In this document: piece after piece, positions 18,162 through 27,700 of the stretch
How the letters are laid out: each line of letters begins with the position of its first letter
How positions within the stretch are numbered: position 1 is the stretch's first letter
Assembly (NCBI GenBank): GCA_024226255.1
Contig: JAAELU010000422.1
Location: 2,353-66,352 of the forward strand
DNA: 64,000 nt
Reading direction: 5' to 3'
DNA from: a bacterium
GTDB taxonomy: Bacteria; Actinomycetota; Acidimicrobiia; Spongiisociales; UBA5794
Notes under the pieces: generated by a model
The model's database searches: none
Seen by the model: only the letters and a program-made list of their open reading frames with translations
Told to the model about the DNA's origin: nothing
Program-made: the position numbers and the translations under genes

Positions 18162-19088
18162 CTCACTACTTGATACAGCTTTCGTGTAGTCGATGATCTC
18201 GTGAGCGATCTCGAAACCCGACCCGAGGTAGAGCGCCCGCGAACCCGCGTTGTCGCCCTCAAAACAGACCATTCCGGTGGCGAGACCGGCCGATGCCATA
18301 TCGCGCAATCCGGCGGCCATCAAGGCACGCCCCACCCCGCGGCGTCGGTGATCGGGATGGGTACCGACGGGCTCGAATAGGCCGGTACTGGAAATCGGAT
18401 CATGCCACGTCTCAGTGAAGCCGGCCAGCGAGCCATCTGGGGCGACCACGAGCCACTCCCGATCCGGGCTGTAGCCGAAGGTACCCATCAACGTGGCGTA
18501 CTCGCCAGGATTCCACGTTGAGCCGAATGACGCCCCGTGGAGCGCTCCTACGGCTTCAGCCTCCTCGGGACCGCGTACGGTTCGCAACGTGTACCCCTCC
18601 GGGAGGGGGGCATCGATGGGGTCGGCGGTGGGCCGCGTCGTAACGAAGTAGGGCTCGCCACCGCGAGTGAACCCGAGGCTTTCGACGCTGGCCACTCGGC
18701 CCGGATCGTCGGCGAAGGCATCGATCACGATCTCATCAACCTGCTTGTTGGTCTCCTGCAACACATTGAGCAGCGCCTGCTCGCACCACGCCACCAGGTT
18801 GGTTTCGAGGGATCCACCGCGCAGACCGGGCCGGATCTGGAGGTCGAAGCCGAGATGCTTTGGCTGCAGCATGACCCAGGCCGCGATGCCGGATTCGTCT
18901 TCCCACAAGTGGACGATACGACTGGGTTCAAACTGCCGGCAGCCGCTGAACAGCCTGTGAACGATGTCGCCGGTATGGATATAGCCGGCCCATCCGGCTG
19001 AGGCCACCGCCCGGCCATTGAACTCCTGCATCCGCGCCACATCGTCATCGCCGGTCAGCCATCGACCCTTGTCCACAGCGAAGATCAC
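18159..19088 (-). CDS. tandem-GNAT N-acetyltransferase (putative MshD-like mycothiol synthase)
   Basis: ~309 aa with two acetyl-CoA motifs (second: HRRRGVGRALMAAG); tandem-GNAT architecture. Confidence 0.65.
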   Translation of the reverse strand: MIFAVDKGRWLTGDDDVARMQEFNGRAVASAGWAGYIHTGDIVHRLFSGCRQFEPSRIVHLWEDESGIAAWVMLQPKHLGFDLQIRPGLRGGSLETNLVAWCEQALLNVLQETNKQVDEIVIDAFADDPGRVASVESLGFTRGGEPYFVTTRPTADPIDAPLPEGYTLRTVRGPEEAEAVGALHGASFGSTWNPGEYATLMGTFGYSPDREWLVVAPDGSLAGFTETWHDPISSTGLFEPVGTHPDHRRRGVGRALMAAGLRDMASAGLATGMVCFEGDNAGSRALYLGSGFEIAHEIIDYTKAVSSSE

Positions 19089-19729
19089 AAGTTGCCGGCA
19101 ATCTCAACGGCCTCAACGAGCGAACTTGCGACGGGAACACCCGTCCTCTCGAGGTCTTCGCGATGGTGCGAGCCGCCGTCATAGAGGACACACACAATGC
19201 CCACCGCGGACGCAGCTGCGGCGTCGTCAAATGTGTCGCCAACCATGACAACTCTTCTATCGCCGTTGATGCTGAGCTCGGCCAGATGACGGCGCAACAA
19301 GTCGGCTTTTGGTTCGCCACGGGCCTCGTCGGAGCCTCGTACTGCGAGCATCGCGCCGGAGAGACCGTATCTCTCCACGGTTGGGCCGAGGAGTTCGTGG
19401 CTCCACATCGAGAGTATCGACTGCGTCAGCCCGCGGCGCACTACCTCTTTGGTGGCGCCAACGGCGTCTGACGTTGGTTCCGCCAGCGGCACCAAGTTCA
19501 TGTAGGCATCGTGGAAGGACACGTTGATCGTCGCCCACTCGTCGTTGGTGATGGGTCGCTCGAGCATGGCGTCGTAGAAGGCCCGCACCGGCCGCTGATA
19601 GTGGTCGCGATAGTCGTCGGCGTCGATTGTCATGCCACTCGCGATGGCAGCCAGGGAGGCATTGACCGCGTCGACAACGATGTGCAGATCGTCAAAGAGA
19701 GTCCCGTTCCAGTCCCATATGAGGTGCAT
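19085..19729 (-). CDS. HAD-family hydrolase
   Basis: Motif I WDWNGTL (DxDGT-like), C-terminal MVGDTFDD (motif IV). Confidence 0.75.
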   Translation of the reverse strand: MHLIWDWNGTLFDDLHIVVDAVNASLAAIASGMTIDADDYRDHYQRPVRAFYDAMLERPITNDEWATINVSFHDAYMNLVPLAEPTSDAVGATKEVVRRGLTQSILSMWSHELLGPTVERYGLSGAMLAVRGSDEARGEPKADLLRRHLAELSINGDRRVVMVGDTFDDAAAASAVGIVCVLYDGGSHHREDLERTGVPVASSLVEAVEIAGNL

Positions 19730-19792
19730 GCGACATCACGCTACTGGCTCACAGCACCACCTCTGCCACAAAACGGGTACCGTCTCTCCCCC

Positions 19793-20827
19793 ATGAGTTA
19801 CAACCTCGGAGACGAAGAGCTCGACGCTCGGCTGACGGAGCTGGTCCGCGACGCTGTCGCCGGCACGCCCGACGACAGTCACGACGACCAATTGGTCGGC
19901 GAGATCCTCGTGACCGGCTTGAAGATGCTGCGCGACACCACGGATCGAGGCAACCTCAAGCTCACCAACAGTGCACTCAAAGAGATGCGATATGCCTTCC
20001 TGATCTTCTCTCAATACCAACACATCCCGAAAGTCACCATCTACGGCTCGGCGCGCACCCCTGAAGAAGCACCGAACTACAAGCTGGCTCAAGAGTTTGC
20101 GCGGATGATGGCCGAGGAATGCGGTTGGATGGTCGTCACCGGCGCCGGGCCGGGCATCATGAGGGCCGGCAACGCCGGAGCCGGATTAGACAAGAGCTTC
20201 GGCGTGGCGATCCGGCTTCCGTTTGAGGCCTCCAACAACGAGTTCCTCCACGAGAGCCGCCTCATCAACTTCAAGTACTTCTTCACTCGCAAGCTGATGT
20301 TCGTCAAGGAGTCGGATGCATTCGTGATGTTTCCCGGCGGCTTCGGCACCCAGGACGAGGCGTTCGAGTTACTGACACTCATCCAGACCGGCAAAGCTCC
20401 ATTGGCACCGATCGTCCTGCTCGACTCCCCAGGAACCGGGTATTGGGATGCGTGGCGCACATTTGTGGACACCCTGCTCGAACAAGGCATGATCACCAAA
20501 CACGATCTGAGCCTGTACCTCCACACCAACGACCCCAAAGCAGCTCGCGACGAGATCCAGCGTTTCTACAGCAACTTCCACTCACAAAGGTACGTCGACG
20601 GCAAGCTCGTATTACGGATGAAACAGGCTCCGGACGCGACGCGGATGGCCGCCCTCAACCATGAGTTCGCCGACATAGTCGTGTCCGGAGACATCGAGAC
20701 CACTGAGATGACGGACCACGAGGCGCGGGACAACGATCAACCGCAACTGGAGCGCATCATGTTCCATTTCAACCGCCGGGACATCGGGAGATTGCGCCAG
20801 CTCGTCGATCGGCTCAACGGGTCGTAG
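19793..20827 (+). CDS. LOG-family protein (PpnN-like nucleotide 5'-monophosphate nucleosidase)
   Basis: PGGFGTQDE LOG signature, GAGPGIM; longer than minimal LOG (345 aa) with a C-terminal extension as in PpnN. ATG 19793; upstream listed codons rejected. Confidence 0.75.
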   Translation: MSYNLGDEELDARLTELVRDAVAGTPDDSHDDQLVGEILVTGLKMLRDTTDRGNLKLTNSALKEMRYAFLIFSQYQHIPKVTIYGSARTPEEAPNYKLAQEFARMMAEECGWMVVTGAGPGIMRAGNAGAGLDKSFGVAIRLPFEASNNEFLHESRLINFKYFFTRKLMFVKESDAFVMFPGGFGTQDEAFELLTLIQTGKAPLAPIVLLDSPGTGYWDAWRTFVDTLLEQGMITKHDLSLYLHTNDPKAARDEIQRFYSNFHSQRYVDGKLVLRMKQAPDATRMAALNHEFADIVVSGDIETTEMTDHEARDNDQPQLERIMFHFNRRDIGRLRQLVDRLNGS

Positions 20828-20834
20828 CCTCGCG

Positions 20835-20892
20835 ACAAGCGAGATTGCCGAGGCTGGGGCAGAACAAGCGAGATTGCCGAGGCTGGGGCAGA
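20835..20892. repeat. perfect 29-bp tandem duplication (ACAAGCGAGATTGCCGAGGCTGGGGCAGA x2) 8 nt after the LOG-gene stop
   Basis: Read directly: 20835-20863 equals 20864-20892; contains a GCC...GGC short stem and the CAGAAC motif. Confidence 0.9.
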
Positions 20893-20943
20893 ACTCACCG
20901 CCAGAACACCATCCGGATTTGGCGATATTAGAATGGTGCTTCT

Positions 20944-21702
20944 ATGCGAGAGATACTCTCAGACCTGGTCGCCGAAGAGCAGTCATTGGACCAATTCCTC
21001 CAAGGGCTGCATGAGCGCGACTGGAAGCTCCCGACGATGGCTCCGGGATGGTCGATTCACGACACCATTAGCCACCTGGCCTTCACGGAATGGGCCGCCG
21101 CCGACTCTGTCAACGGCGACGCCGAGCCGGGAAGCCTGCCAGTAGAAGACATCGACGAGTGGACCGCACGCGGCGTCCGTGAAGGTCGACCAAAACGTTA
21201 TCAAGAGGTCATCGAGTGGTGGCGGTCCGGCCGGGCTGCGGTAGTCGATGCGCTGTCTAAGAAGTTGCCCTCCGAGCGAGTCGAGTGGGTCGTGGCCCCA
21301 ATGAGCGCCAAGGCGCTCGCCACGCTGCGACTCATGGAGACCTGGGCACATGGTCTCGACATCAAGATGGCATTGGCTGATCGATTCACGGGAGAGCCTG
21401 AGGAGGATCCGCTCCTGGACTCGCCTCGCCTACGCCACGTCGCATGGCTGGCTCACCGCATGCTCCCGTGGGCGTTTGAGCTCGCCGGCGAAGAGTTCCC
21501 CGGAGGCGGTATCCGCGTCGAGCTCATGGGCCCCAATTACGCCCGGTGGGTTTACGGTCCCGCAGATGCTGAAAACGTGATCAAGGGCATTGCCGGAGAA
21601 TGGTGCCGGGTGGCTGTACATCGCCTCGACGTTTCGGCGACCAACCTCAAGGCCGAGGGAGATGCGGCGGAGGTCGCACTGCACGTTGTCCGGGCCTACT
21701 GA
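20944..21702 (+). CDS. mycothiol-dependent maleylpyruvate isomerase family / DinB_2-like protein
   Basis: N-terminal W...HD(T)ISHL metal-binding helix pattern of the MDMPI_N/TIGR03083-like family; 252 aa. Call by pattern only. Confidence 0.55.
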   Translation: MREILSDLVAEEQSLDQFLQGLHERDWKLPTMAPGWSIHDTISHLAFTEWAAADSVNGDAEPGSLPVEDIDEWTARGVREGRPKRYQEVIEWWRSGRAAVVDALSKKLPSERVEWVVAPMSAKALATLRLMETWAHGLDIKMALADRFTGEPEEDPLLDSPRLRHVAWLAHRMLPWAFELAGEEFPGGGIRVELMGPNYARWVYGPADAENVIKGIAGEWCRVAVHRLDVSATNLKAEGDAAEVALHVVRAY

Positions 21703-21717
21703 GTTGCGCTCGAACTG

Positions 21718-22518
21718 ATGGGAACCATCCCAACCGCTCGCGGCGCGCTCCCCCGCCTTATCGGGATGATTCACCTACTGCCGTTGCCCGGTTCACCTGG
21801 GTTCGGCGGCGAATTGGACACAGTCCTCGAACAGGCTGTCACCGATGCCACCACCCTGAGCGCGGCAGGCTTCGACGGTCTGATGCTGGAGAACTTCGGC
21901 GATGCACCGTTCTTTGCCGACTCCGTTCCTCCGGTGACAGTTGCCGCCATGACCCGCGCTGCCACCGCTGTTCGCGATGCCGTGGAGCTGCCGCTTGGAA
22001 TCAATGTTCTGCGCAATGATGCCTTGAGCGCGGTGTCGATCGCGGCAGCCGTTGGTGCCGGCTTTGTCCGCGTCAATGTGCTCACCGGCACGATGTACAC
22101 CGATCAGGGACCGATTGTCGGCAGGGCAGCCGAAGTGTCCCGACTGCGGGCAGCCATTGGCCCCCAGGTCGCCATCGTCGCCGACGTATTCGTCAAACAT
22201 GCCGTACCCCCGTACGGGCTCACCCTCGAGCAGGCGGCCGAAGAGCTGACGGGGCGCGGCGGCGCCGATGCGGTCGTGGCGTCCGGTCTGGCAACCGGCA
22301 AACCGCCCACAGTTGAGCACCTCGAGCAGACCAAGGCCGCAATCGGCGAGCTGCCGCTGTACGTCGGGTCGGGAACCGGCGCCGGGACCGCACAGGACTT
22401 CCTGCGCTTCGCAGACGGATTGATCGTAGGCAGCGCCACCAAGCCTGAAGGCAGGATCACAGCTCCAGTGGATCCTGATTTGGCGAAGGAAGTTGTGACG
22501 GCAGTGACTAATCAGTAG
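21718..22518 (+). CDS. BtpA/SgcQ-family TIM-barrel protein
   Basis: GMIHLLPLPGSPG N-terminus, PLYVGSG and GLIVGSATK C-terminal motifs; 266 aa. Confidence 0.8.
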   Translation: MGTIPTARGALPRLIGMIHLLPLPGSPGFGGELDTVLEQAVTDATTLSAAGFDGLMLENFGDAPFFADSVPPVTVAAMTRAATAVRDAVELPLGINVLRNDALSAVSIAAAVGAGFVRVNVLTGTMYTDQGPIVGRAAEVSRLRAAIGPQVAIVADVFVKHAVPPYGLTLEQAAEELTGRGGADAVVASGLATGKPPTVEHLEQTKAAIGELPLYVGSGTGAGTAQDFLRFADGLIVGSATKPEGRITAPVDPDLAKEVVTAVTNQ

Positions 22519-22529
22519 TCAGTAATCAG
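22509..22529 (+). repeat. heptamer repeat TAATCAG-TAGTCAG-TAATCAG overlapping the last codons and TAG stop of btpA
   Basis: Read directly; the same TAATCAGTA(A/G)TCAG string as at 18146-18161. Confidence 0.85.
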
Positions 22530-22591
22530 AAGGACGCGCCACGATGTCTTGTCTGAATACTCAAGCGAGGCGCCAGCCGACCACCGGCTAC

Positions 22592-23212
22592 TCACAAATC
22601 CTTCTCGACCGAGAATCCGACCTTCATCAACAGCCGCAACATCGCCGGCGCCGGTTCCTTGAATTGAATCGGCTTGAGGGCGGCCTCGTGCGACTCCATG
22701 AAGTCGATCATCGTGCGTACGACGTGTGACAACGAGATCGTGTTGGTATCGACAGTCGGCGAGCGACCGAATGCGACCAGTCGGGTTCGGATATCACCGC
22801 GGCCGCAAGATGGCGCGGTGTGGATCGTCTTTCGCTGCAATCCTTGGATCACGTCGTCGAGGGGGACGCCATAGAGCCACTCGATACGGTGCAGCATGGT
22901 GTGTAGAACGCTGTGATCCTTGATGTTGACGTTGAGCTCAGCCTGTCCCTGTTTCACCTCACCGATCACCACGTCGATTGTGACATCGGCCAGCTCCAAC
23001 GCCGGATCTTCGATCAGGAGTAGCTCGGCCTCACGCTCGGTGTGAGGATCTCCCATGAACAGGTCACCCGGAAACCGAACCGCCATGATGTCGACGTCGG
23101 TGACGGTCTTGTATTGACCGCGGCCGACTCGCCGCTGCACTTCGAACTCGCTCAGCGTGAGATAGCCATTGAGACGCAAGTAGTTTTCGACGAGGTTGAC
23201 TGCGATATCCAC
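22592..23212 (-). CDS. hypothetical protein with PD-(D/E)xK nuclease-fold motifs
   Basis: VTDVDIMAV (motif II Asp) then VVIGEVKQG (ExK) with an upstream acidic helix; 206 aa; orphan, convergent with btpA. Confidence 0.5.
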   Translation of the reverse strand: MDIAVNLVENYLRLNGYLTLSEFEVQRRVGRGQYKTVTDVDIMAVRFPGDLFMGDPHTEREAELLLIEDPALELADVTIDVVIGEVKQGQAELNVNIKDHSVLHTMLHRIEWLYGVPLDDVIQGLQRKTIHTAPSCGRGDIRTRLVAFGRSPTVDTNTISLSHVVRTMIDFMESHEAALKPIQFKEPAPAMLRLLMKVGFSVEKDL

Positions 23213-23302
23213 ATCACGAAGCTAGTTGCGACCCGGCGCAATATCGCGGATTGCGGGCCAATGCCCGATTCGCAGGGTGACCAACAGAGGTAGGCTCGCC
23301 CG

Positions 23303-23791
23303 ATGACCCAACCTCCGGCGACCGCCGACATCTGCGACTCACATCCGTTTGCCCACGTCGCCGATCCGGCTTTTTGCGACTACGGCGGGTCGACACAATT
23401 CTTTGGGCCCGTCGAAACCGTGCGCTGTTTCGAGGACAACACCATGGTGCGCAAGGCGTTGGAGTCACCCGGAGAAGGCCGGATCCTTGTCGTCGACGGT
23501 GGCGGCTCTATGCGATGCGCCCTAATCGGTGATCAACTCGGTGAACTCGCGGTAGCCAACGGTTGGGTCGGCATCGTCGTTGAGGGTTGTGTGCGCGACA
23601 CCGCGGCTCTGCGGTCGCTGCCACTTGGGATCCGAGCCCTCGGTTCGAACCCGATGCGCAGCACCAAGAGGGGTCAGGGTCAAATGAGCGTGATGGTGCG
23701 TATCGGGCGCATGGATGTCCGCTCCGGGTGGTGGCTCTATGCCGATGAGGACGGCATCGTAACGGTGCCTGAGCCGGTTCATTTGGACTAG
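23303..23791 (+). CDS. rraA: RraA-family protein (RNase E regulator / 4-hydroxy-4-methyl-2-oxoglutarate aldolase fold)
   Basis: ILVVDGGGSMRCALIGDQL ... GIVVEGCVRD blocks typical of RraA/MenG; 162 aa. Confidence 0.8.
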   Translation: MTQPPATADICDSHPFAHVADPAFCDYGGSTQFFGPVETVRCFEDNTMVRKALESPGEGRILVVDGGGSMRCALIGDQLGELAVANGWVGIVVEGCVRDTAALRSLPLGIRALGSNPMRSTKRGQGQMSVMVRIGRMDVRSGWWLYADEDGIVTVPEPVHLD

Positions 23792-23882
23792 AGAAGCCCG
23801 AGGCCACGGCACGTTGGGCGCTTGGCGGATTCGGATATCCGTATCGCGTACAACGCCCCACCTTCCCTATCCGCGCGTCCTC

Positions 23883-24608
23883 TCAGTACTTGACTCCTCC
23901 TTCGTTGAGTAACTGAGCCAGCTCTTCGAAGGTCGCCGCGGTGAGGTCCGCCTGGGCACTGCGTCGTTGCCGCTCGACATCGGATATCCGACCACGTTCA
24001 TCGTCGAACTGGGCGAAGTGGATGACTGTGCCGATTCCCGCGATGCCGGCTCCGGCCAACTCGTTGTCGCCGCCGTTGCCGACAAAGACCACCTCGTCGG
24101 CGGCTGCCCCCATCTCCTCGAGGATGGCAACGTAGGCGGCCACGTCCGGTTTCGCTTCGTGAACCTTGGTGGAGAACACCGCATGATCGACCCTCTTGGC
24201 AATAGGTGACCGGCGCCACGCCTCGATATCACGATCGTGGCAATTGCTCAGCACGCCAATCTGTCGTGCTTCTAGCGAGTCCAGCAGCGCCAAGACCTGG
24301 CGCCGGGGGTGGAGGAGAGCCAGGTCTTGGTAGCGGCCTAGCGGCTCCGCGGCCGGGGAGATATCCATGGTGCGAGCGGGCCGCCCGTTTCCATGAGCTA
24401 CCCGGCGCATCAGACCACGAACTGAGTCCCTGCCTCTCACCAGCTCGGGAAGGCTTCGATTCCACTCGGATTCCAGCGTGGCGTAATCAACACCGAGGAC
24501 CGCCGCGGACGCTTCCAGGCGACAAAAACCCATCGGACGGAAGTCATCGGGATCGACAAGAGTGTGAAACAGATCGAATATGACGGGAGCGGTCTTCACC
24601 TCGCCCAT
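23883..24608 (-). CDS. HAD-family hydrolase
   Basis: Motif I FDLFHTLVD; VVFVGNGGDNE motif IV; 241 aa. Confidence 0.75.
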   Translation of the reverse strand: MGEVKTAPVIFDLFHTLVDPDDFRPMGFCRLEASAAVLGVDYATLESEWNRSLPELVRGRDSVRGLMRRVAHGNGRPARTMDISPAAEPLGRYQDLALLHPRRQVLALLDSLEARQIGVLSNCHDRDIEAWRRSPIAKRVDHAVFSTKVHEAKPDVAAYVAILEEMGAAADEVVFVGNGGDNELAGAGIAGIGTVIHFAQFDDERGRISDVERQRRSAQADLTAATFEELAQLLNEGGVKY

Positions 24609-24753
24609 CGTATCGCTATCGCCCGAAATCGCCGGTATGAGAGCGCCTCAGCCCGTCTTACCCGCGATTAGCGCGTGTAAGACGATTTTGTAATTCAAGT
24701 CACCTCCACAAACCGGCGGGAAACGTGTCGCTGGGTGCCTGTACTGTGGCCCA

Positions 24754-27700
24754 ATGGCGCTGCATCCCTTTACTGATCCCACCCGAGAGTGGTTCGAGTC
24801 ATCCTTCTCGGAGCCGACTGCGGCCCAGGTGAAGGGATGGAAGGCCATTTCGGCTGGTAAACATACCCTGATTCACGCCCCTACCGGCTCGGGCAAGACG
24901 CTGGCCGCCTTCCTCTGGGCAATCGATCGGCTCTCCGCCGAGCCGGCTCCGCCGGAAAAGCAGCGGTGCCGCGTGCTGTATGTATCACCGATGAAGGCGC
25001 TCGCGTACGACGTGGAGCGCAACCTACGAGCTCCGCTCACCGGAGTTCAGCTAGCTGCGCAACGCCTTGGCGTCGACCAGCCGCCGCTCTCAACGGCAAT
25101 GCGCACCGGGGACACACCCCAGAGCGAACGTCAATCGATGTTGCGCCATCCGCCCGACATCCTCATAACAACGCCAGAGTCGCTCTACCTGATGCTCACC
25201 TCTCAGGCCCGCCAGATGCTGCGCACGGTGCGTTGGGTCATCATCGATGAGATCCATTCGGTTGCAGCCACCAAACGCGGCTCTCACCTGGCACTCAGCC
25301 TGGAACGCCTCACCGAGCTCGCCGAGGTGGAACCGCAGCGGATCGGTTTGTCGGCGACCCAGCGACCGCTCGAAGCCATCGCCGAATTCCTGGGAGGCGG
25401 CACTTTGGCCGGAGACAAGTGGCAGCCACGCCCAGTCGCCGTCGTAGATGCCCCTTGGGAAAAGGAGCTGGACGTTCGCATCGTGGTGCCGGTTGCCGAC
25501 ATGACGCGCCCCGAGGAGACCCCGGTACCACCGGTCAACGGGGTGACGCCGGACCCAGGCGAGCCGGCCAAGCGTTCGATTTGGCCGGCGATGTATCCCG
25601 AACTGCTCCAACTGGTGCGGGACCACACCTCGACACTCATCTTTGTGAACTCGCGCGGACTGGCTGAGCGGCTCGCGGCCGAACTGAATCGGCTGGCCGG
25701 AGAAGAGTTGGTCCAGTCGCATCACGGCTCGGTATCGCGTGAGCAGCGCATCGAAATCGAGGGTCGGCTCAAACGCGGCGAGCTGAAGGCCGTCGTGGCG
25801 ACATCGACTCTGGAGTTGGGCATCGATATGGCCGCCATCGATCTGGTGTTGCTGGTTGAGTCGCCGAACTCGGTGGCGCGCGGGTTGCAGCGAGTGGGGC
25901 GGGCCGGCCACCAGGTTGGAGCGGCCTCGGTCGCCCGGGTATTCCCCAAACACCGCGGAGATCTGCTGGAAACCGCAGTCGTCGTCGATCGTATGTACGC
26001 CGGCGCCATCGAATCGACCAAGATCCCCTCCAACCCTCTCGACGTGCTGGCACAGCAGGTCGTGGCAATGACCGCCGTCGAACCCCATTCTGTCGACGAC
26101 ATATTCGGCTTGATCCGCCGCGCCGGGCCCTATCGCGACCTCACCCGCGGCTCGCTGGAGGCGGTCCTCGACATGTTGGCCGGACGCTATCCGAGCGACG
26201 AATTCGCCGAGCTCCGGCCGCGGATCGTGTGGGACCGCATCGAAGGTGTCATCGACGCCCGCTCCAACGCCCGGATGCTGGCCGTTACCAACCCGGGAAC
26301 GATCCCCGATCGTGGTCTGTACACAGTCGTACTCCCCGAGGGCGGTCGAGTGGGTGAACTCGACGAGGAGATGGTCTACGAAAGCCGGCCCGGGGACACT
26401 TTTGTGCTCGGTTCATCCTCGTGGAAGATCTCAGAGATCAATCACGACCGGGTTGTCGTGCTGCCGGCAGAACCGGGGACTGCTGCCAAGATGCCGTTCT
26501 GGCATGGCGACGGCCCCGGGAGACCTCTCGAGTTGGGCCGGGCCGTAGGAGCTTTTGTGCGCCGGATCGGCGGGCTCGACAGAGAGGCTGCCGTGTCGAC
26601 GCTCGAAGAGCGTTACCGGCTCGAGCCCTGGGCCGCTTGCAACCTCGCCAGCTTCATCTCAGAGGAGAAGGAACTGACCGGAGCGCTGCCCACCGATCGG
26701 TCGATCGTCGTTGAGCAGTTCCGTGACGAAATCGGTGACTGGCGAGTCGTGGTGCTGTCGCCGTTCGGTTCACGAGTCCACGCCCCGTGGGCGCTGGCCG
26801 CTCGGCGTCGTTATCGCGAGGCGAACGGCGGCGAGGTCGACGTTATCTGGTCCGACGATGGTCTCATGTTCCGGTTCCCTGACGTTGATACTCCCCCCGA
26901 CGCGGCCGCACTCATCATCGACCCTGACGAGCTCGAGGAGTTGGTCCTCGATGAAGTCGGCGACAGCGCTCTTTTCACGGCACGCTTTCGTGAGGCCGCT
27001 TCGCGGTCCCTCCTACTGCCGCGGCGCCGACCCGGCTCACGGACGCCACTGTGGCTCCAGCGACGCCGGGCGGCCGATCTCCTGTCCGTGGCCAAACGAT
27101 ATGCCTCCTTTCCCGTTGTGCTCGAGACCTACAGAGAGATCCTGCAGGATCACTTCGACCTTCCGGCCGTAACCGAGGTCCTCCGCGACATCGCTTCACG
27201 AAAGACCAGGGTCCATCAAATGGAGCTCGACAGCCCGAGCCCGATGGCGTCGTCGCTGATGTTCGACTTCATTGCGTCGTTCATGTACGAATACGACGCT
27301 CCGATCGCAGAGAAGCGGGTCGCTGCCCTGACACTCGATCGCTCACTGCTGCGGGAGCTGCTCGGTGACCCCGAGTTCCGTGACCTGCTCGATTCCGATG
27401 TACTTGAGTCCGTCGAGCTGGACCTGCAGCGACTGTCCCCGGAGCGACAGATCACCAGCATGGATCAGCTCCATGACATGCTCAACCATCTTGGCCCACT
27501 CAGCCGCCAGGACATCGGCAGCCGCAATTCGCAGCCCGACGAGACAACCCATTGGATAGATGAGCTCATCGCCCAGCGCCGCATCGTCGAGGTGCGCGTG
27601 GCGGGTCGCGAGGTGCTCGCCGCAGTTGAGGATGTCTCCCGTCTTCGCGACGCGCTCGGGGTGACACCCCCGCCGGGGGTCGCCGAATCGCTTCTGGAGT

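Noticed and set aside
25090-26088. 332-aa minus ORF
   Set aside because: Antisense inside the lhr helicase core.
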